From an uncultured delta proteobacterium (GTDB lineage Bacteria > Desulfobacterota > WTBG01 > CAIYCZ01 > CAIRTM01), in contig CAWDSQ010000015.1 in assembly GCA_963804955.1 (NCBI GenBank), positions 1 to 33,083 on the forward strand: a stretch of 33,083 bases of DNA. The letters run 5' to 3'. Numbering within the stretch: the first letter of the stretch is position 1; each line of letters opens with the position of its first letter. This document shows positions 10,207 to 20,594 of this stretch, in pieces. The position numbers were made by a program, and so were the translations under genes. The notes below the pieces were generated by a model, which worked only from the letters and a program-made list of their open reading frames with translations, did not search any database and had not been told where the DNA came from.

Positions 10207-10737
10207 ATATCCGGCGCCTTGCGGCATGGGCAATCATTTTCTCGGGCCTGCTCATATACGTGCTGGCATTTGAAAAACCCGACTTAAAAATACAGCAGCC
10301 GACACAGCGGGGCGATTATGAAAAGATGTTCGACCTTGCACCAGAGCGACATAGAATCCGTCAGCATTACCTCTGCCGGCAAGAGCGTCACCCTTGGCCG
10401 CAAAAACCTCAAATGGGAGGTAACGGATCCTCCCGGCGCGGAAGCCCTCCCTGAACAGTGCGAAAGCATGGTGTCGGCCATGCTCGACACTGTGGTGCTG
10501 AGCATTGTGGAAGAAAACCCGGTGCAGCTGGGTCAGTACGGCCTTGATGCTCCGGAGCTGACCATAGCCGTCAATGCGGGCACGAGCACAACGCTGAAGC
10601 TTGGAAAAAAATCACCTTCAGGGGTAAGCATGTACGGGCTTGATGTGGAGCGCAAGCGCGTGGTGCTGGTGGGAACCTATCTCAGTTTTTCCGCAAAAAT
10701 GTTTATCGAAAACATCAAGAACCTGCCAGGCAAGTAA
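10203..10737 (+). CDS. DUF4340-like periplasmic protein (frameshift near 10340)
   Basis: N-terminal TM, QLGQYGLDAPELTI...LKLGKKSPSGVSMY; typical position after a gldG-like gene. Confidence 0.7.
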
Positions 10738-11135
10738 ATAACGATTTTCAATTACATATAGGCCTGCCCTCCGCACTGGCGGACGTCCGACATTTTATTT
10801 TTCAAATTATTACTCCCTTTCTCTTCTCCGGCTCAAAGGTCTTTTCATAGACAAAGCGCCACCACCATGCTATTAATCAAGCTGATTTTTTTAAAGAATA
10901 CGCTTGATGGCTATTATACTAATCAATTTAAAAGACATTATCATCGGCTCCGACAGCACGGTTGACCGTGCCGACTACTAAGCCAAGACATCTGGAACTA
11001 CTAGAGTCGGTTTTTGAGGAAGATGAAATTTTAGCTATGGATGCAATCGACCAGTTACAGCAGTCTTTATCGATATAATTATAATATTCGACTTAACAAA
11101 TCCGCAAAAAACTAAATACTAAATCTACGGTTGAT

Positions 11136-11845
11136 ATGAAATTACTCAGCTTTGACATCGAAATATCTGATGTTTTTGAGGCAAGGCCAAACGATGATTT
11201 TGAAAAATACGCGCCTTTCCATATCTCTGTAGCATCAACGGTTGTTCATGGCGGTGAGGAACGGTTGTGGTATTCTGTAAATAGTGACGGCAACCCACTT
11301 CTTAATCTTCAGGGGCATAATGCAAAGGAAATGCTTCTGTATCTGCAACGAATGCAGAATGAAGATTTCAGATATGTGCGTGGAACGGGCTTCAGTTCGA
11401 TTTGAGGTGGCTGGGATTCGCTGCTAACGATTTGGAACTGGCAGCACAAATAGCGCTTAATAGCTATGATCCCATGTTTCAATTTTTCAATCAGTGCGGA
11501 TTTCCTGTAAGCCTTGCTGCCGTCGGAAGTGCTATGGGAATAAAACAAAAAAAGTTGATGCATGGCTCTGATGCGCCCGTAAGGTGGCAACAAGGACGCT
11601 ATCAGGAAGTAATGGACTATGTATTAATGGACTCTCGCATAACCAATGAAATTATATTTGCGATCACTCAGCGTAAAGAGGTGTGTTGGGTGACAACAAA
11701 AAACACTATAAAAAGGGTTGCAATGCCGAGACTCAAAACGGTTGAAGATATTATGAATGAGCCACTTGCAGACCAATCTTGGATGAGTGCACCTATTCCT
11801 AAAAGCCGTTTTTATCGTTGGTTTCCGGATCATCTCAGACCGTAA
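11136..11845 (+). CDS. DEDDy / RNase H-like 3'-5' exonuclease (YprB/MrfB-like); frameshift near 11364
   Basis: ExoI FDIEIS; ExoII ICAWNGLQFDL after restoring one base; ExoIII YVLMD. Confidence 0.75.
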
Positions 11846-11936
11846 GTTAAATAGGGTGTTAAATGACACTTGATGCCACGGACAAGAAAATCAGATTAAA
11901 CAGTTTTATACATTTATTCGGGCAGACGCAAGACAC

Positions 11937-14042
11937 ATGACACGTCAGGATGCAGAAAAGCGCCTCAAGCAGACCTTTGGTTTTGACGGGTTTTACGACA
12001 ACCAGTGGTCGGTGATTGAGAAAATATTGCAGGGCAAGCGGGTTTTGATGATTGAAAAAACCGGCTATGGTAAGTCGCTGTGCTATCAGTTCCCGGCAAC
12101 GCAGTTTGAGGGCACAACCGTTATCTTCACGCCACTCATTGCCCTTATGCGCGATCAGGTAAACAAGCTGCGGGGCTGGGGAGTGAACGCTGCATGCATT
12201 AACTCAAATCAGACCGAAGAAGAAAATACTCAAATTATTGAAGCCGCCCGCCAGAATACAATAAAAATTCTCTATATAGCTCCTGAGCGCATGGAGAATG
12301 CCGAGTGGCTGCAGACCGCCCGCGAGATGAAGCTTGCAATGGTCGTGGTTGATGAAGCGCACTGCATTTCTGTATGGGGCCATGATTTCAGGCCGGCATT
12401 TAGAAGAATTATCAACCTGGTGAATCTGCTGCCGGCGCAATTCCCTGTGCTGGCAACAACGGCAACTGCCACAAAGCAGGTTGAGAAGGACATACTGACA
12501 CAAATTGGCCGGGATATTACCTGTGTGCGCGGAGATCTGGTTCGAAATAACTTTTACCTGCGGGTGGTAAACGTAGCATCTGAAGATGAGAAGATGGTAT
12601 GGATAGGAGAAAACCTTGAAAAACTGCCCGGCACGGGCATTATATACACGGGCACGCGGATTAACGCCGAAATTTACGCCAACTGGCTCAAGTATCTCAA
12701 TATGCATGCCGTGTGGTATCATGGGAGGCTGGAATCAGACAGCCGAAAGGAAATCGAAGAAGGGCTTCTGAATAACACCTATAAATGCGTCGTTTCAACC
12801 AATGCCCTTGGCATGGGCATTGATAAGCCCGATATCAGATTTATTCTTCACACACAGATGCCGGTGTCGCCGGTGCATTATTATCAGGAAATAGGAAGAG
12901 CAGGCCGCGACGGCAGGCCCACGATGATCATCCTTTTCTATAACCCGGATGAAGACCAGCGCCTGCCCCGGTCTTTTATTGAAAACGGAAAACCATCAGG
13001 GGCCAAATATGACAAAGTGCTCGAAGTTTTGAAACAGGATCGCCTCAGCGAGCGGGAAATCATGCGTAGAACAAATCTCGGGCAGAATCAGATTCGGGTC
13101 ATTAAGGCAGACCTGCTTGACCAGAAGATAATAAACGAGGTGCAGGAAGGCCGCAGTAAAAAATATGAATACCGGTTTAATGCCCCGGCTTTTGACGGCG
13201 CAGCCTACGAGGAATTAAAATCCGCAAAGGTGAGTGATTTTGAGCAGATGCTGCGCTATATTGAAACTGCAGAATGCCGCATGAACTTCCTGTGCCGTTT
13301 TCTGGACGATACAGTTGCCGCCCCCTGCGGCAAGTGCGATAATGATACGGGCCGGCACATAACAGTTTCTGTAAACGAGAAGTGGTTAGGGCAGCTTGAA
13401 AAGTTTCGAAATGGTTATTTCCCTGTGCTGGAGACGTCCGTTAAAGGAACCGCACTGATTAACGGCGTGGCGGCTTCTTATTACGGGTTCTCGAATGTGG
13501 GCAGTATCATCCATACATGCAAATATGATAACGGCGGCGATTATCCGGAATTTCTGGTAAAGCTGACGGTAAAGGCTTTTCACAAACAGTACGCGTCTGA
13601 GCACTTTGATATGATTATGTATACGCCGCCGACCGAATCGGGGGAGCTGGTGAAACATTTTGCTGAAAAACTTGCTGAAGCCCTGCATATTCCGGTATCG
13701 CACGGGCTGAAGAAAACAAAGCCATCAAAGCCGCAGAAGGTTTTTCAAAACGCCGTACTGAAAAGAGAAAACGTAAAGGATGTTTTTCTGGTTGAAACGC
13801 CTGAGAATATTGCGGGGAAGTCTATTTTGCTTATTGATGATATTTTCGACAGCGGAGCAACGGTTAAAGAAATCGGCCGGTACTTAACCTCTCTTGGCGC
13901 GGCAGCAATAGCACCGCTGGTGATAGCAAAAACAGGCCGGGTCGGCCCTGCGAGCTTCATCCGGAGAATTTCGGAGATATGCAGGCTCGGTCTGCCGACT
14001 TATGCGCGGCTTTCCATGGCAGTGTTCAAGCCTTGCAAATAA
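11937..14042 (+). CDS. RecQ-family helicase with C-terminal phosphoribosyltransferase (ComF-like) domain
   Basis: TGYGKSLCYQ, DEAHCISVWGHDFRP, QEIGRAGRDG, Zn site CRM...CGKCDN, PRPP loop ILLIDDIFDSGATV. Confidence 0.9.
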   Translation: MTRQDAEKRLKQTFGFDGFYDNQWSVIEKILQGKRVLMIEKTGYGKSLCYQFPATQFEGTTVIFTPLIALMRDQVNKLRGWGVNAACINSNQTEEENTQIIEAARQNTIKILYIAPERMENAEWLQTAREMKLAMVVVDEAHCISVWGHDFRPAFRRIINLVNLLPAQFPVLATTATATKQVEKDILTQIGRDITCVRGDLVRNNFYLRVVNVASEDEKMVWIGENLEKLPGTGIIYTGTRINAEIYANWLKYLNMHAVWYHGRLESDSRKEIEEGLLNNTYKCVVSTNALGMGIDKPDIRFILHTQMPVSPVHYYQEIGRAGRDGRPTMIILFYNPDEDQRLPRSFIENGKPSGAKYDKVLEVLKQDRLSEREIMRRTNLGQNQIRVIKADLLDQKIINEVQEGRSKKYEYRFNAPAFDGAAYEELKSAKVSDFEQMLRYIETAECRMNFLCRFLDDTVAAPCGKCDNDTGRHITVSVNEKWLGQLEKFRNGYFPVLETSVKGTALINGVAASYYGFSNVGSIIHTCKYDNGGDYPEFLVKLTVKAFHKQYASEHFDMIMYTPPTESGELVKHFAEKLAEALHIPVSHGLKKTKPSKPQKVFQNAVLKRENVKDVFLVETPENIAGKSILLIDDIFDSGATVKEIGRYLTSLGAAAIAPLVIAKTGRVGPASFIRRISEICRLGLPTYARLSMAVFKPCK

Positions 14043-14391
14043 GCCAGGAGCCAAGCTTCGCAAAAAACATGAAGTCGTACTGTTGGATCATCCAGAATAC
14101 AAATGGACAGGAAGCATGCGGGGAAACACTTATTGACAGCACGGCAGTGATTGGACTCCGCTGTAAGTTGTCGAAACACCTAAAAGGCATGCAATCTCTT
14201 GAGGCTGTTGCGAAGACAAACCCGCTGAAATTCAAAATTAAAGCTGATGGCTACAGGCAGCAGGCATTGTTCGGTTAGCATTTTAGATAAGATAGCATAT
14301 CGGGGGGCGGTTGTTTTTATCTGAATCAAAGCGCTTTACAAATAAAACTGCGGCTGGAGCCGCAGCTGCAGGCAGGGTATCCATTTAAAAA

Positions 14392-15194
14392 TCAGAACGG
14401 TTTCTCGTCGGGAATAAACCTGATGCCAACCTCAAGCACGCTTTCCCTGAAAAAATCCGGCAGCGGGGGCAGCGGGTCTGCTTTGCGGACGGCCCGCGCC
14501 ACGGACTCGTCAAGATTGGCATCCCCCGATCTCTTTTCAAACTCAAACCCCAGAATACGGCCATTGCGGGCTATTTTAAGAACCACGATAGCCTCAAGCC
14601 GGCCGGTGCGCTTGTCATAGGGGGGCAGCACCCATTCCTTCTGCACCTTGCTGTTAATGGCGGTATAATACGCCGCAAGCCGCAAATCGCTTTGACCGCC
14701 TCCTCCGCCGCCACCACCGCCGCCGCCTGAAGGAGGAGGCAGCTGGTCGGGCTCGGCAAACGAATCTCGTATCTACGCCTGCCGGAGACTGGGCTGCTGC
14801 AGCCGGTTTCTGCGGACCCTCCTGTGCGCTTGACCGCTTTTCAGCGGTGGGGTCATAGGCATCCTCTTCTTTTTTCTGAACGGTGATGACATTGTGCGAG
14901 CGCTCGACAGATACCTTCGTGTCGGCTTCAACCCTGGCAGGGCCTTTCCACAGCTTCACGGGCTGCTGCTGCACCGTCGGGGGGCTGTCGGTCCTGGGGC
15001 CCGGCGGGCCCGGGCGCCGCAAGCAGATCAACGCTGATGCTGTTGGCATAGGGGTTAAAATACACCCGGTCACCGGGAGCTTTGAAAAAACAGATGCCAA
15101 AAACGATCAGGTGAATAACAAGCGATACCGCAAGCATCCAGCGGAGTCTTTTATCGGGCAGCTGGGTCTGCAGTATGGAGTGATGGGGGGTCAT
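14392..15194 (-). CDS. tolA: TolA/TonB-family energy transducer (several frameshifts)
   Basis: TM with SxxxH (AVSLVIHL); Pro/Gly linker; C-terminal YYTAINSKVQKEW...SGDANLDESVARAVRKADPLPP. Confidence 0.75.
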
Positions 15195-15610
15195 TTTCCC
15201 TCGGGCGGCATGGTTACAAGCCCCAGCCGGTCGATGCCGGCATTCTTGATCTCGGCCATGACCTGCGTGACAAACCCGTAGGGCAGCTCCTGGTCGGCCT
15301 TGAAAAACAGCTGGTTGTCTGTGCGCTGCTTGAAGATACGGGCTATGCGCTCCCGCACCTCGGAAAGCTCCACGGGCATATTGTTGATGAATATCTTTTT
15401 GTCTTTCGTGAGCGTTATGGAAAGGTGGTCTTCCTTGGCCTCGATATGCTTGTCGGTTTTAGCTTTGGGCAGATCAACGTCAACGCCCTGCTGCACCAGC
15501 GGCGCCGTGACCATAAAAATGATCAGCAGCACCAGCATAACATCCACGAGCGGGGTGACATTGATCTCGGAGACGAGGCCCGATCTTTTATTGCCGCTGG
15601 TCATTGCCAT
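15191..15610 (-). CDS. tolR: TolR/ExbD
   Basis: SEINVTPLVDVMLVLLIIFMVTAP, ADQELPYGFV. Confidence 0.9.
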   Translation of the reverse strand: MAMTSGNKRSGLVSEINVTPLVDVMLVLLIIFMVTAPLVQQGVDVDLPKAKTDKHIEAKEDHLSITLTKDKKIFINNMPVELSEVRERIARIFKQRTDNQLFFKADQELPYGFVTQVMAEIKNAGIDRLGLVTMPPEGK

Positions 15611-16388
15611 GGTGTCTGCCGCTTTCAAACTGCCGTTCGATAATATTGAGAAACTCCGCCGAAAAGTTTTCCATCTCGGAGGAAATCATTTTGATTTTTC
15701 CCATGAAGTAGTTGTAGGCAACCACTGCCGGTATGGCCGCCACCAGGCCGAAGGCCGTTGCGATAAGGGCTTCTGAAATGCCCGGGGCAACGGTCGCGAG
15801 GTTTGCCGAGCCCTTGAGCCCGATCATGCGGAACGAGTCCATAATTCCCCAGACGGTGCCGAAAAGGCCGATGAAGGGCGCTGTGCTGCCCGTCGTGGCA
15901 AGCAGCCCCAGGTTCTTTTCAAGGCGCGCCAGCTCGGCGGTAAAAGCCTGATCAAGGGTGCGCTTGAGATTCCCCGCACCGAAAAACTGGGCGTGCGGAG
16001 GTTCGGGATCGGAGCCGGCCTCATCAGCGGGTTGCCGCCTGCGCAGTTTCTTGAAGCGCTCAAGCTCCATATAGCCGCAGCGAAAAATTTCGGCAAGGGG
16101 GCTCTGCTGAAATTCCTGCGCAGCCTGATAGGTCTTTGCAAACTGCGGCGTATCCCAGAAAATATTCAGGAACTCAACCGACTCATTGATGGCAGCCCGA
16201 ACCGAGAGGTATTTGAAAAGCGCTATGCCCCAGCAGGCTACCGAGAGCAGCACAAGCAGCAGCAGCACCACTTTTGCCACGGGCCCGGCATTAAGCACCA
16301 GCTCCCAGACCTCGCCCTGCAGGCCGGGGGCAGCAGTGGAGGTGTTTATCTGCATCGTGACAATAGACTGCAATAATGAATCCAGCAT
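15588..16388 (-). CDS. tolQ: TolQ/ExbB
   Basis: LATTGSTAPFIGLFGTVWGIMDSF, VAPGISEALIATAFGLVAAIPAVVAYN. Confidence 0.92.
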   Translation of the reverse strand: MLDSLLQSIVTMQINTSTAAPGLQGEVWELVLNAGPVAKVVLLLLVLLSVACWGIALFKYLSVRAAINESVEFLNIFWDTPQFAKTYQAAQEFQQSPLAEIFRCGYMELERFKKLRRRQPADEAGSDPEPPHAQFFGAGNLKRTLDQAFTAELARLEKNLGLLATTGSTAPFIGLFGTVWGIMDSFRMIGLKGSANLATVAPGISEALIATAFGLVAAIPAVVAYNYFMGKIKMISSEMENFSAEFLNIIERQFESGRHHGNDQRQ

Positions 16389-16475
16389 GTAGGTACACTT
16401 TCTCTTAGCGGGCCGGCAGTGTTTCTGCCGCTCATGCCGTTGGACATGCCCCGCCCTGTTATTGTTTATACTCTC

Positions 16476-17669
16476 TTACTGCAGCGCTTTAACCGCTTTC
16501 TCAATGCGGTCAAGGCCCTTCTCAATATTTGCCATCGACGTGGCATAGGACAGGCGTATATTGTTGTCGGCGCCGAATGCTCCGCCCGCAACCACGGCCA
16601 CATTGGCCTTCTCAAGCAGGTACGTTGCAAAATCGTTTGAATTACTAATGGCCATGCCCTCGGCCTGCCTGCCGTAGACGCCCGACACATTGGGGAAGGC
16701 GTAGAACGCGCCATTGGGCGTAAGGCATGAAAACTCCGCAATACCGTTCAGGCGCTTGACCATATAGGTGCGCCTGCGGTCAAACTCGGCTACCATCTCG
16801 GCGATGAAGCCCTGCGGCCCCTGCATGGCCTCAACTGCGCCTTTCTGCGCAAATGAGGTCGGGTTCGAGGTGCTCTGGCTCTGGATATTGGCCATGGCCT
16901 TGATGGCATCGGAAGGCCCTGCGGCATAGCCGATGCGCCAGCCGGTCATTGAATAGGTTTTTGAAACGCCGTTAACGATAATGGTCTGCGCCTTGAGCCT
17001 GGGCTCGACCGTGACGATGCTGGTTGAAGTGAAACCGTCATAGACAAGCTTTTCATAAATCTCATCGCTCACCACGATGATCCCGGTCCCCAGCAGCACC
17101 TGCGCCAAACCGGACAGATCATCACGGGAATAAGACGCCCCGGTGGGGTTTGAGGGCGAATTGAGAATAAGCATCCTGGTTTTCGGCGTAATGGCCTTCT
17201 GCAGTTGTTTAGGCGTTATCTTAAATCCGCTTTGTTCGGTTGTGGGGATTGATACAGGTACAGCCCCTGCAAGATATGCCATGTCCGGGTAGGAGACCCA
17301 GTAGGGCGCGGGGATGATCACCTCGTCGCCATCGTCCAGCAGGGCCTGAAAGATATTGTACAGGCTGTGCTTGGCGCCGCAGGAAATAAGAATATCGGCC
17401 GGCGAATAATCGATCCCGTTTTCGTTCTTAAACTTATCGCAAACGGCGCCTTTGAGCTCGTCGGTGCCGCCGGCTGGCGTGTACTTCGTAAACCCCGCCT
17501 TTAAAGCCTTTATTGCAGCATCCTTTATATTGTCCGGCGTATCGAAATCAGGCTCGCCCACGCCGAATCCGATCACATCGATGCCCTGGGCCTTCATGGC
17601 CTTTGCCTTGGCATCAACGGCAAGGGTTGGTGAAGGCTTGATCATTGCCATGCGTTTTGCAAGTTTCAT
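16476..17669 (-). CDS. aspC: PLP-dependent aspartate aminotransferase (class I/II)
   Basis: GEPDFDTP, NSPSNPTGA, SDEIYE, GVSKTYSMTGWRIGY, IRLSYA. Confidence 0.93.
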   Translation of the reverse strand: MKLAKRMAMIKPSPTLAVDAKAKAMKAQGIDVIGFGVGEPDFDTPDNIKDAAIKALKAGFTKYTPAGGTDELKGAVCDKFKNENGIDYSPADILISCGAKHSLYNIFQALLDDGDEVIIPAPYWVSYPDMAYLAGAVPVSIPTTEQSGFKITPKQLQKAITPKTRMLILNSPSNPTGASYSRDDLSGLAQVLLGTGIIVVSDEIYEKLVYDGFTSTSIVTVEPRLKAQTIIVNGVSKTYSMTGWRIGYAAGPSDAIKAMANIQSQSTSNPTSFAQKGAVEAMQGPQGFIAEMVAEFDRRRTYMVKRLNGIAEFSCLTPNGAFYAFPNVSGVYGRQAEGMAISNSNDFATYLLEKANVAVVAGGAFGADNNIRLSYATSMANIEKGLDRIEKAVKALQ

Positions 17670-17681
17670 GCGTCGCCGCTC

Positions 17682-18191
17682 CTATATTTTTTTTGCTTTC
17701 AGCTTTTCCTGCAATTTTTCACAGACGATATCAGGCACGAGCCCCTCCACGCAGGCGCCGGCCTTCACCGCCGATTTGATGATCTTTGAATTGACGAAGA
17801 ACCACCGCAGTCCCGTCATCATAAAAATGGTCTCGATCTCACGGTCCAGCTTGCGGTTCATGAACGTCATCTGAAACTCATACTCAAAGTCGGAAAGCGC
17901 CCGCATGCCCCGCACAACCACGTGCACGCCGATCTTGCGGCAGTAATCGACAAGCAGGCCGTCGATCTGATCCACAATCACGCGATCATTGTAATTGACT
18001 GCGGCGCGTATCATCTCTTTGCGCTCCTCAACACTGAACAGCGCATTCTTGTCGGGGTTGTTTGCCACGCCAACGATCACAGAGTCGAAAATATGGAGGC
18101 TCCGCTCGATAAGATCCAGATGGCCGTTGGTGATAGGGTCGAAAGACCCGGGATAAATGACTTTGCCGGAGTTCTTGCTCATGGCGCGCAT
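17682..18191 (-). CDS. coaD: Phosphopantetheine adenylyltransferase
   Basis: YPGSFDPITNGHLDLIER, RGMRALSDFEYEFQM. Confidence 0.97.
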   Translation of the reverse strand: MRAMSKNSGKVIYPGSFDPITNGHLDLIERSLHIFDSVIVGVANNPDKNALFSVEERKEMIRAAVNYNDRVIVDQIDGLLVDYCRKIGVHVVVRGMRALSDFEYEFQMTFMNRKLDREIETIFMMTGLRWFFVNSKIIKSAVKAGACVEGLVPDIVCEKLQEKLKAKKI

Positions 18192-18502
18192 GTCTTTCTT
18201 TAAAGGAAATTCACAAGGAATTTAAACAGGAAAGGTAATAACATGAGAGCAGAGCATTGTCAAATTCTGATTTGGCCGCAGAGGGCGCAGGCGCGTCGTA
18301 ATGAGTGCCTGAACGAACACCCTCTGCCATTATACCAACTGTCATTTCGAAGGAGCAAAGCGCGAGAAATCTGTAGCATCAAAATTTCTCCTGGGGGGAT
18401 GAAAAGGGCAATCTTTTTGTTCAAATAAAAATATTACCCCCTTATTTATTCGGCACTAACTAAGACCTTGCGCACGCGCTCGCTGCAACAGGAAAAATTT
18501 GC

Positions 18503-20449
18503 TTACCCAAGCGCTCCTTTTGCCTGAAGCCGTGCTATGCAATCCGCAAGGCCGAGCCCTTCCAGCAGGGCGCTCTTCTGAAGGCCGCTTGCCACGTCCC
18601 AGCCGCGGATGGCATAATACTCATCCATCATGGCCTCGAATTTGTCGCGCTCCAGCACCGCGCCTTTGCGCGTGATGAGCTCGCCGCCGGGGCCGGGCAG
18701 CATGAACTCGGGGTTGAAGATGCCGAGAAAACCCGGCTCATCCATCATGGGCTCGGTGAAATAAAACTCGTTGGGCCGGTCATCTTTTCTGCCTACGCGG
18801 CCCTCCACGCTCTGTATGGCGCGCTGCAGATTAAACACCCGCTCGCCGATTGTATAATACTCATCCTCGCCAATATTCATGCCGGTAACGGCAGACAGCA
18901 GCCTGCTTTCAAGGTCGGGATCGCCCACATGATCTTCAGCACCGTCGGCAGTGGTGAGGGGAAAGAGAAAATCGCAGGCGATGAGCGTCTCTTTCGCGTA
19001 CTGCCGGTTCTGAATGATGGCGGCCACTGCGGCCTTGCCATCATAGGTTGAGAAGTCAACCGCCCGTTCATCCTTCCAGAACCTGCGGGCAATGGCGCGC
19101 AGCACGTCCGTTCCGAAGGGAGACATGGCCCCGTCGGTTGCATACCACATGGTCCATTTCATGATGGGGAAGGCCATTTCATGCAGCTGGTTCATGGTGC
19201 TGGTTGCCTCGGTGGCGTAGTAGACGGCATGGGGAATGAAGTAGCGCGGATTGTAGGCGTCGGCATTAAAGCCGCTCGGGGTCATGCGCTTTGGCAAAAG
19301 CTCGACTGCGCCGCGCCCGATTGCATGGGCGGCCCTGATCGTACCCTGGGCAAGTGCTGCGCCAACGCCCTTGCCCGTAAGCATCATGTCGACCAGCTGC
19401 TCGAAAAACGGCAGGCTGCCGATCTGCGAAAGGGTTATGCCTGCGGCAGCATCGTCGAGCACACCGTTTTTGGCGCACAGGTCAAGAAGATAGAGAAGAT
19501 TTCCCGCCTCCTGCGTGCACAGGCCGAGCCTGTCGCACAGCGACGTGGCGATGAACGGGTCTGCGGATGACTCGCCGCCGTGATGCTTCATATCCCAGAG
19601 ATAATACATATAGACAGACTGGCAGTTCTTGCGAAACTCCTCGCGGCCCGACACATGTTTGTACAGCCCGCGGGGGCAGCCTGCGGGGCAGCCCGGACAG
19701 GATGCGCGGCGCACAAGATCGATGCCCTCCACATTGGGATCCATCAGATTCTTGCCTTCCATGAGCGAGCGGATGCGGCTGTTGACCGCGCGCAGATCAT
19801 CGGGCCGGGCAATGGCCACCTTACGGCTGCCGTCAGCCACAACAGCCTTGAGATTCTTCGAGCCCATGACCGCCCCAAATCCGCTGCCGCCGCATGAGCC
19901 GATATCGCTCATAATTCCCGCAAGCCGCACCAGCCGCTCACCCGCAGGCCCGATGCAGGCAACGCCTGCCGCTTCGCCGTGCGCCGCGGCAAGACGCTGC
20001 AACGAATCATCGGTCGCAAGCCCCCACAGGCCTTTGGCGTCCTTTATTTCAACCTTGCCGTCGTGGATGTAGATGTAGACAGGCCCTGCTGCTTTGCCGG
20101 TGACGATGACGCCGTCGAAACCGGCATTCTTCAGCTTTATGCCGAAACTGCCGCCGACATTAGCAAGGCCGAACTGATCCGGGTACTGCAGCGGCGATTT
20201 GCCCGCCGCAAACCAGCGGCTGCAGGCTATGGCGCCGCTGCCCGCAAGCGGGCCGGTCATAAACATGAGCGGGCTGTCGGGATGCAGGGCATCCACTTTC
20301 TCAGACACTTCGTCCCAGTAGAGCTTTGCAATAATGCCCCTGCCGCCGATGAAGCGCTCGACATACGGCTCAATCGATTGCGTCTGCACCTCATTGTTTG
20401 ACAGGTTGATGCGAAGTATCGTGCCTGTCCATCCGTAGGTGTTTGCCAT
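18503..20449 (-). CDS. Tungsten/molybdenum aldehyde:ferredoxin oxidoreductase family protein
   Basis: YGWTGTILRINLS, FIGGRG, KSP, GAVMGSKNLKA, CPGCPAGC Fe-S motif, DRLGLC, DEYYAIRGWD. Confidence 0.93.
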   Translation of the reverse strand: MANTYGWTGTILRINLSNNEVQTQSIEPYVERFIGGRGIIAKLYWDEVSEKVDALHPDSPLMFMTGPLAGSGAIACSRWFAAGKSPLQYPDQFGLANVGGSFGIKLKNAGFDGVIVTGKAAGPVYIYIHDGKVEIKDAKGLWGLATDDSLQRLAAAHGEAAGVACIGPAGERLVRLAGIMSDIGSCGGSGFGAVMGSKNLKAVVADGSRKVAIARPDDLRAVNSRIRSLMEGKNLMDPNVEGIDLVRRASCPGCPAGCPRGLYKHVSGREEFRKNCQSVYMYYLWDMKHHGGESSADPFIATSLCDRLGLCTQEAGNLLYLLDLCAKNGVLDDAAAGITLSQIGSLPFFEQLVDMMLTGKGVGAALAQGTIRAAHAIGRGAVELLPKRMTPSGFNADAYNPRYFIPHAVYYATEATSTMNQLHEMAFPIMKWTMWYATDGAMSPFGTDVLRAIARRFWKDERAVDFSTYDGKAAVAAIIQNRQYAKETLIACDFLFPLTTADGAEDHVGDPDLESRLLSAVTGMNIGEDEYYTIGERVFNLQRAIQSVEGRVGRKDDRPNEFYFTEPMMDEPGFLGIFNPEFMLPGPGGELITRKGAVLERDKFEAMMDEYYAIRGWDVASGLQKSALLEGLGLADCIARLQAKGALG

Positions 20450-20545
20450 GGCATGTCCTTTCATGGGTGGTATTATGACAAAATATAATTATTATATGTA
20501 ATGAGTATTAGGTAATTGTCAAGAGCACAGGTATGGTGGGAGCAT

Positions 20546-20569
20546 AGGGGCGGTTTGCGAACCGCCCCT
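20546..20569. repeat. GTAG-type REP-like palindrome / possible terminator
   Basis: (T)AGGGGCGGTT-TGCG-AACCGCCCCT 10-bp stem just downstream of the HemF-like gene. Confidence 0.6.
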
Positions 20570-20594
20570 GCAATAGCGCATAAATGCTGTTTTA

